Assembly (NCBI GenBank): GCA_035341015.1
Contig: DAOQUL010000001.1
Location: 61,532 to 125,531 of the forward strand
Origin: Anaerolineales bacterium
GTDB lineage: Bacteria; Chloroflexota; Anaerolineae; Anaerolineales; UBA4823
DNA length: 64,000 nt
Direction: 5' to 3'
Part shown: positions 1 through 8,930 of the stretch, in pieces
Layout: every line of letters starts with the position of its first letter
How positions within the stretch are numbered: position 1 is the stretch's first letter
Program-made: the position numbers and the translations under genes
The notes under the pieces: generated by a model
What the model was told of the DNA's origin: nothing
What the model saw: only the letters and a program-made list of their open reading frames with translations
Databases searched by the model: none

Positions 1-596
1 TTGGCATTTGGGTTGTTCCAGGTGTAAATGATCCTGCCTTCGTCGTCAAAACCGGTTTGTGGTTCATCGGGGAAGCCAGACGGCGCAGCATGCCAGCGCG
101 GTTCATCTGGCTGGACGCCTGGGGGCAGGTGGTAAGTAACCGTCAGGTCAGTTTTACCGTAAATGATACTTGAGATGAAGTAGGCGTTTTTAAAGACCGC
201 GCTGGCATAATCGGGATCTTTGGAGTCGGCATACAAGACGCTCGAAACCTTGCCCACATAGATGCGAACGGTGCCGGTTTGGCCTGGCGGTATCGAGTGG
301 GCGCCTAATCCGACCGCAACACCATCGCTCCCTTCGCCTTGGAACTCAGAGCGCGAAATGTAAGTCAACGGGTTTCCATCAACGCTGGCAGAAATGCTTG
401 TCACATCAAAATCACTGTTCGGCAGGCCAAGGTCAACGTATTCAATAGCATGACCGGATGGATCATTGGCGAAGACAAACGTATAATCAAGGGATTGGGT
501 GCCGTCTTCATTCCAAAAAACATCAATGGTCAACTGTGGAAGTTGAAAATAATAGTCTTGAGCCAGGGCTGAGGTGGGCAATGCCAGGCATAGCAA
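1..596 (-). CDS. secreted/membrane protein with DUF2207-like N-terminal domain (tentative); 3' end off-window, 5' end apparently frameshifted
   Basis: I translated the minus strand by hand. The frame is open from the window edge to 611, and it is absent from the ORF track because no stop lies in the window. The mature part reads ...ALA/QDYYFQLPQLTIDVFWNEDGTQSLDYTFVF.... The only in-frame starts are TTG 596/581. An SD-preceded ATG at 633 lies in another frame (see finding). Confidence 0.5.
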   Translation of the reverse strand, partial: MLCLALPTSALAQDYYFQLPQLTIDVFWNEDGTQSLDYTFVFANDPSGHAIEYVDLGLPNSDFDVTSISASVDGNPLTYISRSEFQGEGSDGVAVGLGAHSIPPGQTGTVRIYVGKVSSVLYADSKDPDYASAVFKNAYFISSIIYGKTDLTVTYHLPPGVQPDEPRWHAAPSGFPDEPQTGFDDEGRIIYTWNNPNA

Positions 597-694
597 TGCC
601 AGCAGGGCCATCAAACCAATACGCTTAATCATCCGTTTCCTCCATCCATACAGCATGGGCCGTGCAAGCTAGACAATATCGGCGAAAGAAACCT

Positions 695-1060
695 TTACCA
701 CTTCGGTTCTTCGGTGAGCTGGTAAGTGGTTTTGCAGTATGGGCAAGAAACCACCGGGGCGCCGGCAACCATTTGGATATTGTCCATGGTCAGAGCGCCG
801 CCGCATGATTTGCATTTCATCGTGTCCAGGTTCACATTGGCGGGCAGGTCGATGTTCAATGTGACGTTCTCACCGCTTGCGCCGGATGGCGCACGCCGGC
901 TGGCAAACCAGATCAGCCCAAAGCCAATTGCTACACTGATCAGGCCAATTGGAATCCATGCTGTGCTGCCCTGGGGGCTAAAGGCGCCCCAGATGAATAG
1001 AACACCAAAGAAAATTAAGATAGCTGCTGAAATATAGGCAATGATTTTGCCAGTGCTCAT
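695..1060 (-). CDS. small membrane protein with C-terminal CxxC..CxxC zinc ribbon
   Basis: 121-aa ORF with two N-terminal hydrophobic helices and a C-terminal KCKSCGG...SCPYCKT motif. A GGAGG SD lies upstream of the ATG. Confidence 0.6.
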   Translation of the reverse strand: MSTGKIIAYISAAILIFFGVLFIWGAFSPQGSTAWIPIGLISVAIGFGLIWFASRRAPSGASGENVTLNIDLPANVNLDTMKCKSCGGALTMDNIQMVAGAPVVSCPYCKTTYQLTEEPKW

Positions 1061-1122
1061 ATGAACCTCCGTTCAAAAACAGTTTACATCGGAAGCGAGA
1101 AAGAAGCAAGGGATAATCCGCT

Positions 1123-2277
1123 TCACAGGGCTTCTTGAAGAATTTCTTCTAGCTTGGCTAGAGAGAACTGAATGGGGTTGCCTTTCATACTGCTTGCCCG
1201 GGCTGATTTTTCAGCTACATCGGGCAGGTGGGCGAGCGCCAGGCCATAGACAGACAAGGATGGAATATTCAGCGTTTTGCACAGCGCGCTGACCCAGGCC
1301 ACGCCATCTTCAGCCTGGGCATGCCGGCTGCCGGTCAGGATTTGGGCAATTTCATTGTAGCGCGCTAGCACGGGGTTGAGCAGCTCACTTTGCCTGGCTG
1401 CCTCCAGGTTGGCTCGCATCACAAAGGGCAGCAGGCGGGCGCAGATGGCCCCATGCGGCGCAGAAAGGATCCCACCCAACGGCCCCGCAAAACCGTGCAC
1501 CGCGCCCAGGCGGGCATTGGCCAGTGCCAGGCCTCCAAACAGGCTGGCCAGAGACATATCCTGGCGGGCGGTAATATCTGAACCATTTTCATAGGCTCGC
1601 GGCAACCCATGAGCGGCCATCTGTAAACCTTCTTTGCAAATGGCATCTGTGAGTGGGTTGGGGGCATTGCATGTATAGGGCTCGATCAATTGGGTCAGGG
1701 CATCAAGGCCTGTGGTGGCGGTGACCTGGGGTGGTAGGCTGTAGGTTAGCTCTGGGTCGACCAATGCCATCCGCGGCAGCATGAAGGGGCTGCGCAAGCT
1801 TACTTTCACCTGCTGATCTGTGGAGGTGAGCACCGCGTTGCGGGTGACCTCTGAACCTGTGCCGGCAGTTGTGGGAATTGCGATGTAAGGGCAAGATGGC
1901 TGTGCCAGCGCCTGGCCGCGGCCAATCACTTCCAGGTAATCCAGCAGTTCGCCTGGGTTGGCGAGCAAGATGGCAATGGCTTTGCCTGTGTCTAGGGCGC
2001 TTCCGCCGCCCAGGCCAATTACCAGGTCACAATCATGCTGCCGCGCAAGGATAATGCCCTGCTGCACCAACTCGATCGTGGGCTCGTGTTCTACGCTCAA
2101 GGCGATATGGTCTAAGCCTTGTGCGTCCAACAATGCCTGGATCTGGGCGGTTTGCGCGCTAGGCCTGCCGGTAACCAGCAGAGGGCGGCTCCCAAAGCTG
2201 TGTGCTAGTTTGCCGACCTCTTGGGATACGCCGGCCCCAAACAAAATACGCGTGGCGGTGGCAAACTCGAACTGCAT
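1123..2277 (-). CDS. iron-containing (group III) alcohol dehydrogenase family oxidoreductase
   Basis: Has the GLGGGSALDTGKAIA motif and His-rich metal-site motifs typical of Fe-ADH. The ATG at 2277 overlaps the stop of the upstream ABM gene (TGATG). The track start at 2283 is TTG. Confidence 0.9.
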   Translation of the reverse strand: MQFEFATATRILFGAGVSQEVGKLAHSFGSRPLLVTGRPSAQTAQIQALLDAQGLDHIALSVEHEPTIELVQQGIILARQHDCDLVIGLGGGSALDTGKAIAILLANPGELLDYLEVIGRGQALAQPSCPYIAIPTTAGTGSEVTRNAVLTSTDQQVKVSLRSPFMLPRMALVDPELTYSLPPQVTATTGLDALTQLIEPYTCNAPNPLTDAICKEGLQMAAHGLPRAYENGSDITARQDMSLASLFGGLALANARLGAVHGFAGPLGGILSAPHGAICARLLPFVMRANLEAARQSELLNPVLARYNEIAQILTGSRHAQAEDGVAWVSALCKTLNIPSLSVYGLALAHLPDVAEKSARASSMKGNPIQFSLAKLEEILQEAL

Positions 2278-2582
2278 CACCAACCTGCCTCTTCAGGAAA
2301 AACATTTGTATACTTGATCCCTGTGCGTGGCTCCGCCATCATCTCTGCCACTGTGTCGCGCCACTTTGCATAGTGGGCGGTTTCTTTGTGCTGTGCAGGC
2401 GCTTCTGGTGTGCGATAGACCTCGACCAATACAAAGCGCGTTGGGTCCTCATTCTGTTGGAGCACATCAAAGCGAGCAATACCTGGTTCTTGAATGCTGC
2501 ATTGCGCATTTTCGATGCTAGCAAGGCGGAAGGCATCGATGCACTCGGGTTTGACGTGAACGTGTACAAATACGATCAACAT
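2277..2582 (-). CDS. ABM-domain (antibiotic biosynthesis monooxygenase-like) protein
   Basis: 101-aa ORF reading [13 protein letters not shown]...[19 protein letters not shown], the typical ferredoxin-like ABM fold signature. It is translationally coupled to the Fe-ADH gene. Confidence 0.8.
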   Translation of the reverse strand: MLIVFVHVHVKPECIDAFRLASIENAQCSIQEPGIARFDVLQQNEDPTRFVLVEVYRTPEAPAQHKETAHYAKWRDTVAEMMAEPRTGIKYTNVFPEEAGW

Positions 2583-2681
2583 ATGATCTCCTTGGATGCG
2601 GCACCTTTTGGTGTGTTCATAAGCTGGATGGGTTTGGATCCTGATATGGTATTATACATAGGTAAGGAGGCTGGAATCTGC

Positions 2682-2930
2682 ATGCAGGAATCAAAAATCA
2701 TTGTCTATGGCACGTGTTGGTGCGGAGATTGCTACCGGGCTCGTAAATTCTTGGATCAGAATCGCATTGCATACGAATGGATCGACATCGATCGCAACGC
2801 CGATGGTGAAAAGCTGGTCTTAAAGATCAATCACGGAATGCGCAGCGTCCCCACCATTTTATTTGAGGATGGATCTGTTTTGGTAGAGCCCAGTAATCAA
2901 GACCTGGTTTTGAAATTAAAGCTGGCCTGA
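2682..2930 (+). CDS. glutaredoxin/NrdH-like small redoxin
   Basis: AAGGAGG at 2664-2670 precedes the ATG at 2682. The protein has a CWCGDC active site and a VPTILF motif. The track ORF 2202..2930 is an N-terminal over-extension that overlaps the ABM gene antisense. Confidence 0.8.
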   Translation: MQESKIIVYGTCWCGDCYRARKFLDQNRIAYEWIDIDRNADGEKLVLKINHGMRSVPTILFEDGSVLVEPSNQDLVLKLKLA

Positions 2931-2948
2931 TCTTGCCCGTTCTCTGTT

Positions 2949-3617
2949 TCAGGAGTTCAATTCTCCCAGGTTGCCGGTGTTGACAAAGATAATTTGCTCG
3001 GCGATATTGGTCACCCGGTCTGCAATGCGCTCCAGGTTGTGAGCACACCACATTAAGTAAGTACAGCGCGTGATCATTTCGGTGTCTTTGGCCATGATTT
3101 TGATCAGACGGTGAAAGACCTCCTCGTACAGCTCATCCATTTCGGCATCGCGATCGGCAATTCGACGCGCCCATTCCATGTCGCGCTTTTCAAATGCCTG
3201 GATGCTCTCTTCAAGCATTTGGCAGCTAATCTCGCCCATCCTGGGAATCTTCTTGATGGTTTTGAGCAGGGGCTCTTCTTCCATCATGATCACCGTTTTA
3301 GCAATTCCGGCGGCATGATCCCCCATGCGCTCCATATCGACAACCATATGCATAATGGCCACAATCTCACGCAGATCGGTTGCGGCAGGTTGTTGGGTGG
3401 CGATCAGTGCCAGGCAGGCCTCTTCGATGCGAAAGCGCTGTTGGTTGATCTGGCGATCGCTTTGGATGATCTCTTCTGCCAGCTTGGTATCGCGTTCCTT
3501 TAGTGCGGTGATGGCGCGTTGGATGGCACCGATGACCATGAGACTCATTTTGTAAAAATCTTGACGGACATCATTGAATTCGCGATCGAAGGTTGCACGT
3601 AAACTGTGGGTGGACAT
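2949..3617 (-). CDS. phoU: phosphate signalling complex protein PhoU
   Basis: 222 aa, built from two PhoU repeats (E..D..ID motifs). GGAGG SD upstream. Confidence 0.9.
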   Translation of the reverse strand: MSTHSLRATFDREFNDVRQDFYKMSLMVIGAIQRAITALKERDTKLAEEIIQSDRQINQQRFRIEEACLALIATQQPAATDLREIVAIMHMVVDMERMGDHAAGIAKTVIMMEEEPLLKTIKKIPRMGEISCQMLEESIQAFEKRDMEWARRIADRDAEMDELYEEVFHRLIKIMAKDTEMITRCTYLMWCAHNLERIADRVTNIAEQIIFVNTGNLGELNS

Positions 3618-3638
3618 TCTTTACCTCCAGAATTGGGT

Positions 3639-4406
3639 CTATCCCATGCGACCGGTAATGTAATCTTCTGTGATTTCTTTTTGGGGGCGTGTGAACATTT
3701 GGTTGGTTGACGAATACTCGATCAACTCTCCGAGCCAGAACAGCCCTGTATAATCGGAAATACGCCCTGCTTGCTGCATATTATGCGTTACGATCACGAT
3801 CGTATATTGCGATTTTAGTATATCGATCAGTTCTTCAATGCGTCCCGTGGCAATTGGGTCGAGCGCTGAGGCCGGCTCATCCATCAAGATCACATCAGGG
3901 TGCACTGCCAATAAACGGGCCATGCATAAGCGCTGTTGTTGGCCGAGGGAAAGACTCAGCGCATTGTCATCCAGGTGGTCTTTTACTTCATCCCACAAGG
4001 CGGCCTGTGTCAGGCTCTGTTCGACGATCTCTTGTAGATCGGTGCGTTTCCGGGCCAGCCCCACCGCGCGAGGCCCAAAGGCAACATTATCGAAAACAGA
4101 TTGTGGAAATGGATTGGGCTTTTGAAAGACCATGCCCACGCGCTGCCGCAACCTGGTGAGGTCAATATCGGCGTCGTAAATGTTCTTTCCATCCAGCCTG
4201 ATCTCTCCGACGACGCGCGTGCCTGGGATGGTATCGTTCATACGGTTCATACAGCGCAAGAAGGTCGATTTGCCACAGCCCGAAGGCCCGATCAACGCGG
4301 TCACTTTTTGGGGATAAATCTCCATGTTGATCTGGTGGAGGGCCAGCGATGGACCGTAGTAAAAATCCAGGTCAATGGTTTGGATGGTAGGTGTGGGAGC
4401 GTCCAT
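3639..4406 (-). CDS. pstB: phosphate ABC transporter ATP-binding protein PstB, copy 1 (atypical signature LSLGQ)
   Basis: Collinear with E. coli PstB from memory: [51 protein letters not shown]. The signature motif reads LSLGQ at 3939-3953. ATG at 4406; the track TTG start is at 4412. Confidence 0.9.
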   Translation of the reverse strand: MDAPTPTIQTIDLDFYYGPSLALHQINMEIYPQKVTALIGPSGCGKSTFLRCMNRMNDTIPGTRVVGEIRLDGKNIYDADIDLTRLRQRVGMVFQKPNPFPQSVFDNVAFGPRAVGLARKRTDLQEIVEQSLTQAALWDEVKDHLDDNALSLSLGQQQRLCMARLLAVHPDVILMDEPASALDPIATGRIEELIDILKSQYTIVIVTHNMQQAGRISDYTGLFWLGELIEYSSTNQMFTRPQKEITEDYITGRMG

Positions 4407-4450
4407 TACCAATCATTTTACCCGATTCTGCCATTTCTCGGGGAATTGCC

Positions 4451-4479
4451 TTGTGATGCGTGAAAAACAAGACTATAAT
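4451..4479 (+). promoter_or_regulatory. sigma70-type promoter of pstS: TTGTGA-17 nt-TATAAT, 7 nt before the ATG (leaderless)
   Basis: -35 at 4451-4456, -10 at 4474-4479, ATG at 4487. No SD is present. Confidence 0.55.
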
Positions 4480-4486
4480 CCGCCCG

Positions 4487-5377
4487 ATGAAACATGTATA
4501 TTGGCTGAGATTGTTGGTATTGGTCATTGTGTTGGCGGCTTGCACCTCGGGAGCAGATTCGCCAACACCAGAAGGCCCCCCGGTTACCACCGCTTATATT
4601 GAAAACAAGGGCTCTGACACCATCGTTAACCTGGCCCTGGCATGGGCTGAGGCATATCAGGGCCTGCACCCAGAGGTGCGTATTTCTGTTACAGGCGGTG
4701 GAAGCGGCACGGGGATAGCGGCCTTGATCAATGGGACGGTGGATATTGCAAATGCCTCCCGTCAAATCAAAGATGAGGAGCTGCGAGAGGCGCAGGCCAA
4801 TGGCTCTGACCCGGTGGAATTTGTGATTGCGCGAGATGCCATTGCAGTGATCGTCAACAAAAATAACCCGATCGACCAGCTCACATTGCAACAAATCTCA
4901 GATATCTATAGTGGAGAGATCTCAAATTGGCAAGAGCTGGGGGGTGAGGATCGCCCAATCGTGCGCCTGTCACGCGAAACGAATTCTGGCACGCATATCT
5001 ATTTCTTAGAAGTGGTCTTGCGCCTGGGACAAAGTGACAATACAACATTGTTTTCGCAAGACACTTTGCTGCTGCCATCTTCTGAAGGCATTATTGCAGA
5101 AGTAAGCGACAACCCCAATGCAATTGGATATGATGGCCTGGGATACGTTACCGAAGCGGTGAAGGTTCTGGCGGTGGGGCGTGACCTATCTGGGCCTTAT
5201 GTACTGCCCTCGGCCGTATCGGTCAACAATGGTGAGTATCCCATCGCTCGTGATCTCTACATGTATACTGTTAATGAACCAACCGGTGTGGTCCGAGAAT
5301 ACCTGGATTGGGTCCTCTCGCCGGATGCTCAAGAAATCATTACAGATCTTGGATTTGTGCCTGTGACAAAGCCTTAG
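4487..5377 (+). CDS. pstS: phosphate ABC transporter substrate-binding lipoprotein PstS
   Basis: Lipoprotein signal MKHVYWLRLLVLVIVLAAC and a PBP-like TGGGSGTGI motif. An alternative GTG start lies at 4460. Confidence 0.85.
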   Translation: MKHVYWLRLLVLVIVLAACTSGADSPTPEGPPVTTAYIENKGSDTIVNLALAWAEAYQGLHPEVRISVTGGGSGTGIAALINGTVDIANASRQIKDEELREAQANGSDPVEFVIARDAIAVIVNKNNPIDQLTLQQISDIYSGEISNWQELGGEDRPIVRLSRETNSGTHIYFLEVVLRLGQSDNTTLFSQDTLLLPSSEGIIAEVSDNPNAIGYDGLGYVTEAVKVLAVGRDLSGPYVLPSAVSVNNGEYPIARDLYMYTVNEPTGVVREYLDWVLSPDAQEIITDLGFVPVTKP

Positions 5378-5382
5378 CTATT

Positions 5383-6297
5383 ATGAAGAAAAAGAACTGG
5401 TTACCCGAAGCGGTTGAATTTGTTGTTACGCGCCTGATCAAAGTGTCGGGTTATTCGGCTATCATATTTGTGGCATTGATTTTTTACTTTTTGTTAAGTG
5501 AAGGCTTGCCGACCCTGGCAGGGAAAGACAAAATTGCCTTGGATTCGCTGCTGGGAACCCGCTGGTACCCGGTGGAGGAATACTATGGCGTTTTGCCGTT
5601 GATTGGCGGCTCGCTGATGGTGACCTTGGGGGCGGCGATCATTGCTGTGCCGGTAGGGATTGGCACGGCGATATTTATCGCAGAGATCGCGCCGCGCTGG
5701 GCGCGGGATATCTTGAAACCGCTGGTGGAGGTGTTGGGTGGTTTGCCCTCGGTGGTGCTAGGTTTCTTGGGCATCCTGGCGCTCTCACCCTTCTTGCGCC
5801 GGTTTTTGGATCTACCCACCGGGTTGACTGCTTTTACCGGAGGCATTTTGCTGGGGGGGATTGCCATCCCTACAATCGTATCGGTGGCTGAGGATGCATT
5901 GGATGCGGTCCCCAAATCTTACCGAGACGCAGCCCTGGCATTGGGCGCCACCAAATGGCAGACGATCTGGCGCGTAACCCTGCCAGCGGCGCGCTCTGGT
6001 GTTTTAACTGCCGTGATGCTTGGGATTGGCCGCACAATTGGCGAGACGATGGCTGTAATGATGGTCACCGGCAACGCGGCGGTAATGCCATTTGGGCTCT
6101 CGGCGCTGTTCTTGCCCGTGCGTACCATGACGGCCTCGATCGCAGCTGAGATGGGCGAAGTGGCCAATGGCAGCCAGCATTATCATGTATTGTTCTTGAT
6201 CGGCATCATTTTGTTTCTGATCTCGTTGACGATCAATGTAACCGCATCGGCAGTGGTCTTTCGCCAACAAAAGCGCTCTGAACGGATCCTGTCTTGA
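5383..6297 (+). CDS. pstC: phosphate ABC transporter permease PstC
   Basis: Multi-TM protein with the EAA-type loop ...DALDAVPKSYRDAALALGATKWQT.... The start lies after the pstS stop; the track ORF from 5308 overlaps pstS. Confidence 0.9.
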   Translation: MKKKNWLPEAVEFVVTRLIKVSGYSAIIFVALIFYFLLSEGLPTLAGKDKIALDSLLGTRWYPVEEYYGVLPLIGGSLMVTLGAAIIAVPVGIGTAIFIAEIAPRWARDILKPLVEVLGGLPSVVLGFLGILALSPFLRRFLDLPTGLTAFTGGILLGGIAIPTIVSVAEDALDAVPKSYRDAALALGATKWQTIWRVTLPAARSGVLTAVMLGIGRTIGETMAVMMVTGNAAVMPFGLSALFLPVRTMTASIAAEMGEVANGSQHYHVLFLIGIILFLISLTINVTASAVVFRQQKRSERILS

Positions 6298-6318
6298 TCG
6301 GATAATGGGTGCGGGCAA

Positions 6319-7212
6319 ATGAATCTGCAAAGAATTCAACGATTTTCTCGGTGGTGGGCATCCACCCAGGCGCGCGACCTGGTCCAACGGTTGGGCTTTG
6401 GGCTGGTCACTTTGGTGGCGCTGCTCACCGTGATCCCGATTGTGGGGGTGGTGGGGTATATTGTCGTCCAGGGGGCGTCGGCAATTTCTTGGGATTTCTT
6501 GTTCTCCTTTCCTTACGATGGAATGCGCCAGGGAGGAATTTGGCCGGCTATCGTGGGGACATTTTACCTGACCTTGGGGACGGCAATCTTTGCGGTGCCG
6601 CTGGGGATCGGGGCGGCTATTTACCTCTCTGAATATGCCCCTGATAATCGCTGGACGCGCCTGATCCGCCTGGCGATCATCAACCTGGCTGGCATCCCCT
6701 CGGTGGTTTACGGATTGTTTGGATTGGGCTTGTTTGTGCTGTTTTTCAACTTTGGCACCAGTATCCTGGCTGGGTCGTTGACACTGTCGATCATGACCTT
6801 GCCGGTCATTATCAGCACGGCAGAGGAAGCTCTGCGAGCAGTGCCACAGTCGTTTCGAGTGGTCAGCATTTCGCTCGGCGGGACCAAGTGGCAGACGATC
6901 CGCCGGATTGTATTACCGCAAGCGCTGCCTGGCATTTTGACCGGGGTGATCTTGGGGCTGGAACGGGCGGCGGGTGAAACTGCCCCCATCCTGTTTACGG
7001 TGGCGGCCTTCTTCTTGCCGCGTTTGCCGAATTCTCCGCTGGATGCTACCATGGCTTTGCCCTATCACTTGTTTGTGATCTCAACCCAGGTGCCGGGAAT
7101 GCCGATCCAAATTCAATATGGTACGGCATTGGTATTGATGGTCTTTGTGTTGAGCATGAACCTGGTGGCAACCACCATCCGTTCGCGGGCGCGCGCTCGC
7201 AGGCAGTGGTGA
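6319..7212 (+). CDS. pstA: phosphate ABC transporter permease PstA
   Basis: 297 aa, multi-TM, with the EEALRAVPQSFRVVSISLGGTKWQT loop. Confidence 0.9.
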   Translation: MNLQRIQRFSRWWASTQARDLVQRLGFGLVTLVALLTVIPIVGVVGYIVVQGASAISWDFLFSFPYDGMRQGGIWPAIVGTFYLTLGTAIFAVPLGIGAAIYLSEYAPDNRWTRLIRLAIINLAGIPSVVYGLFGLGLFVLFFNFGTSILAGSLTLSIMTLPVIISTAEEALRAVPQSFRVVSISLGGTKWQTIRRIVLPQALPGILTGVILGLERAAGETAPILFTVAAFFLPRLPNSPLDATMALPYHLFVISTQVPGMPIQIQYGTALVLMVFVLSMNLVATTIRSRARARRQW

Positions 7213-7218
7213 TTTTTT

Positions 7219-7974
7219 ATGGATAAAATTGTGGTCGAAGGTCTGTCGGTTTATTACTCAGATGGCACCGAGTCGCTCAAGAATGTCAGCCTGAGTATCC
7301 CGGCGAACGCTGTAACGGTGTTGTTTGGGCCGGCTGGAGGGGGCAAATCTACCCTCTTGAGGGTTCTCAACCGGCTGAATGACCTGGCAGACGTGGTGTT
7401 AATGGCGGGCCGGGTGTTATTGGATGGTCAGAACATACTTGACCCCAAGTTTGATGTAATTACCTTGAGGCGGCGTGTTGGGATGGTTTTTGCTCGTCCG
7501 GTGGTGCTGCCAATGAGCATTCGCGAGAACCTGACCTATGGCCTGGAGCTGGCAGGCGAGCACAAGAAGCAAGTTCATGACGAGGCTGTCGAAACGAGCT
7601 TAACGCAGGCGGCCTTGTGGGATGAGGTCAAAGACCGCCTGGGTGATCCGGCGGTGGCTTTGTCGGGGGGCCAGCAGCAGCGGCTGTGCCTGGCGCGCAG
7701 CCTGGCCCTCAAGCCAGAAGTCATCTTGTTGGATGAGCCTACCTCGGGCCTGGATCCAATCTCAACTGCAAAGGTAGAAGCATCGCTAGAAGAGTTGAAG
7801 AAGCAATATACGATCATCCTGGTGCCTCATTCAATCCAGCAGGCTGCGCGCACGGCAGATTTCGCGGCCTTTTTTTTGCAAGGTGAGCTGGTTGAATACG
7901 CGGCAGGGAAAGAGATATTCTTGACCCCCAAAGATAAGCGCACAGAAGATTATGTGGAAGGCCGGTTCGGTTAA
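7219..7974 (+). CDS. pstB: PstB-like ATP-binding protein, copy 2 (Q-loop Gln replaced by Ala)
   Basis: Motifs are GPAGGGKST, LSGGQQQRL, ILLDEPTSGLD and EDYVEGRFG. The Q-loop reads VGMVFARP, with the Ala codon at 7492-7494. Confidence 0.85.
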   Translation: MDKIVVEGLSVYYSDGTESLKNVSLSIPANAVTVLFGPAGGGKSTLLRVLNRLNDLADVVLMAGRVLLDGQNILDPKFDVITLRRRVGMVFARPVVLPMSIRENLTYGLELAGEHKKQVHDEAVETSLTQAALWDEVKDRLGDPAVALSGGQQQRLCLARSLALKPEVILLDEPTSGLDPISTAKVEASLEELKKQYTIILVPHSIQQAARTADFAAFFLQGELVEYAAGKEIFLTPKDKRTEDYVEGRFG

Positions 7975-8048
7975 GGTTATTGCGCAATTAAACAAATAAC
8001 TATACAATATCTACAGGTGTGGGTTTTGCCAGTGAGGAGCGGCCAAAT

Positions 8049-8930
8049 ATGCTAGAAAAAATTGACCTGACCAAAGCTTTGGATAAAGATACCTATAAGC
8101 GGATCATGCCCTCTCTGGAAGAGCGTTTGTATACCGTTCAGAAGAAATCATGGGACGCGGGCATTCCGGTTGTAATCCTCTTTGAGGGCTGGGATGCGGC
8201 TGGTAAGGGGACCTCGATCCAGGCTTTAACCGGGCCGCTGGACCCGCGTGGTTTCAAGCTTTATCCAATCCGCGCGGCGCGTACCTATGAGAAGAACCAT
8301 CCGTGGCTGTGGCGTTTCTGGCTTAAGCTGCCGGCGCGCGGCGAGTGGGCCATCTTTGACCGTTCGTGGTGTGGGCGTGTTCTGGTGGAGCGAGTCGAGA
8401 ACATCACTCCTGAAGAAGAATGGCAGCTCGGCTACCGTGATATTGTGGATTTTGAGCGCACCATTGCCGATGACGGGCATCTCATTATCAAATTTTTCTT
8501 GCACATCAGCAAGAAAGAACAGAAAAAGCGTTTTGAGAAGTTGCTCAAAGATCCTCTAACGGCCTGGCACGTGGCCCCAGAAGATTGGGAGCATCACCGG
8601 CGTTACGATGACTGGTTGATCGCTTATGAAGAATTGTTCGAGCGTACAGAGACAGAGTGGGGACCCTGGACCATTGTGGAAGCAACCGATCGCCGTCATA
8701 CCAGGGTAAAAATTTATGAAACGATCATCCGAGCATTAGAGGGGCGGCTCGGCATTTCCAGCGAGCCTGTTTTGATTGAGCAGCCTGATCCTGTGCCGGT
8801 TGTTCAGGCCGCTGCTGAACCGGCCGTGGATGATGGGCAAGTGGAGCCTGTGGAAGAAAAAAAGCGTCGCAAGACGGCATCAGGCAAACCGGGTGTGAAG
8901 AAAGGTTCGAAACAGGTGCATCATGCTTGA
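8049..8930 (+). CDS. ppk2: polyphosphate kinase 2 family protein (single PPK2 domain, acidic then Lys-rich C-terminal tail)
   Basis: Has FEGWDAAGKG (P-loop), DRSWCGRVLVERV and a lid motif. GAGGAG SD at 8033-8038 and ATG at 8049. Confidence 0.85.
   Translation: MLEKIDLTKALDKDTYKRIMPSLEERLYTVQKKSWDAGIPVVILFEGWDAAGKGTSIQALTGPLDPRGFKLYPIRAARTYEKNHPWLWRFWLKLPARGEWAIFDRSWCGRVLVERVENITPEEEWQLGYRDIVDFERTIADDGHLIIKFFLHISKKEQKKRFEKLLKDPLTAWHVAPEDWEHHRRYDDWLIAYEELFERTETEWGPWTIVEATDRRHTRVKIYETIIRALEGRLGISSEPVLIEQPDPVPVVQAAAEPAVDDGQVEPVEEKKRRKTASGKPGVKKGSKQVHHA

Noticed and set aside
339-572. The 77-aa plus-strand ORF at the window start.
   Set aside because: It is antisense to the long open minus-strand frame encoding the DUF2207-like protein. 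It has no SD and an implausible composition.
2202-2681. N-terminal extensions offered by the ORF track: 2202.., 5308.., 20330.., 27448.., 31290.., 33643, 45430.., 53390.., 57617.., 58929...
   Set aside because: The extensions overlap upstream genes or terminators, lack homology-like motifs, and place promoters or SD sites inside the ORF. In each case an internal ATG/GTG with an SD or an adjacent -10 gives a protein starting at the expected family N-terminus or signal peptide.
4406-4432. Possible Pho box: TTACC / TTACC / TCTGCC at about 11-nt phasing in the pstB1/pstS divergent region.
   Set aside because: The spacing is irregular (12 and 10 nt) and the half-sites are weak. The first repeat overlaps the pstB1 start codon. 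This is too weak to call without a lineage-specific PhoB/PhoP matrix.
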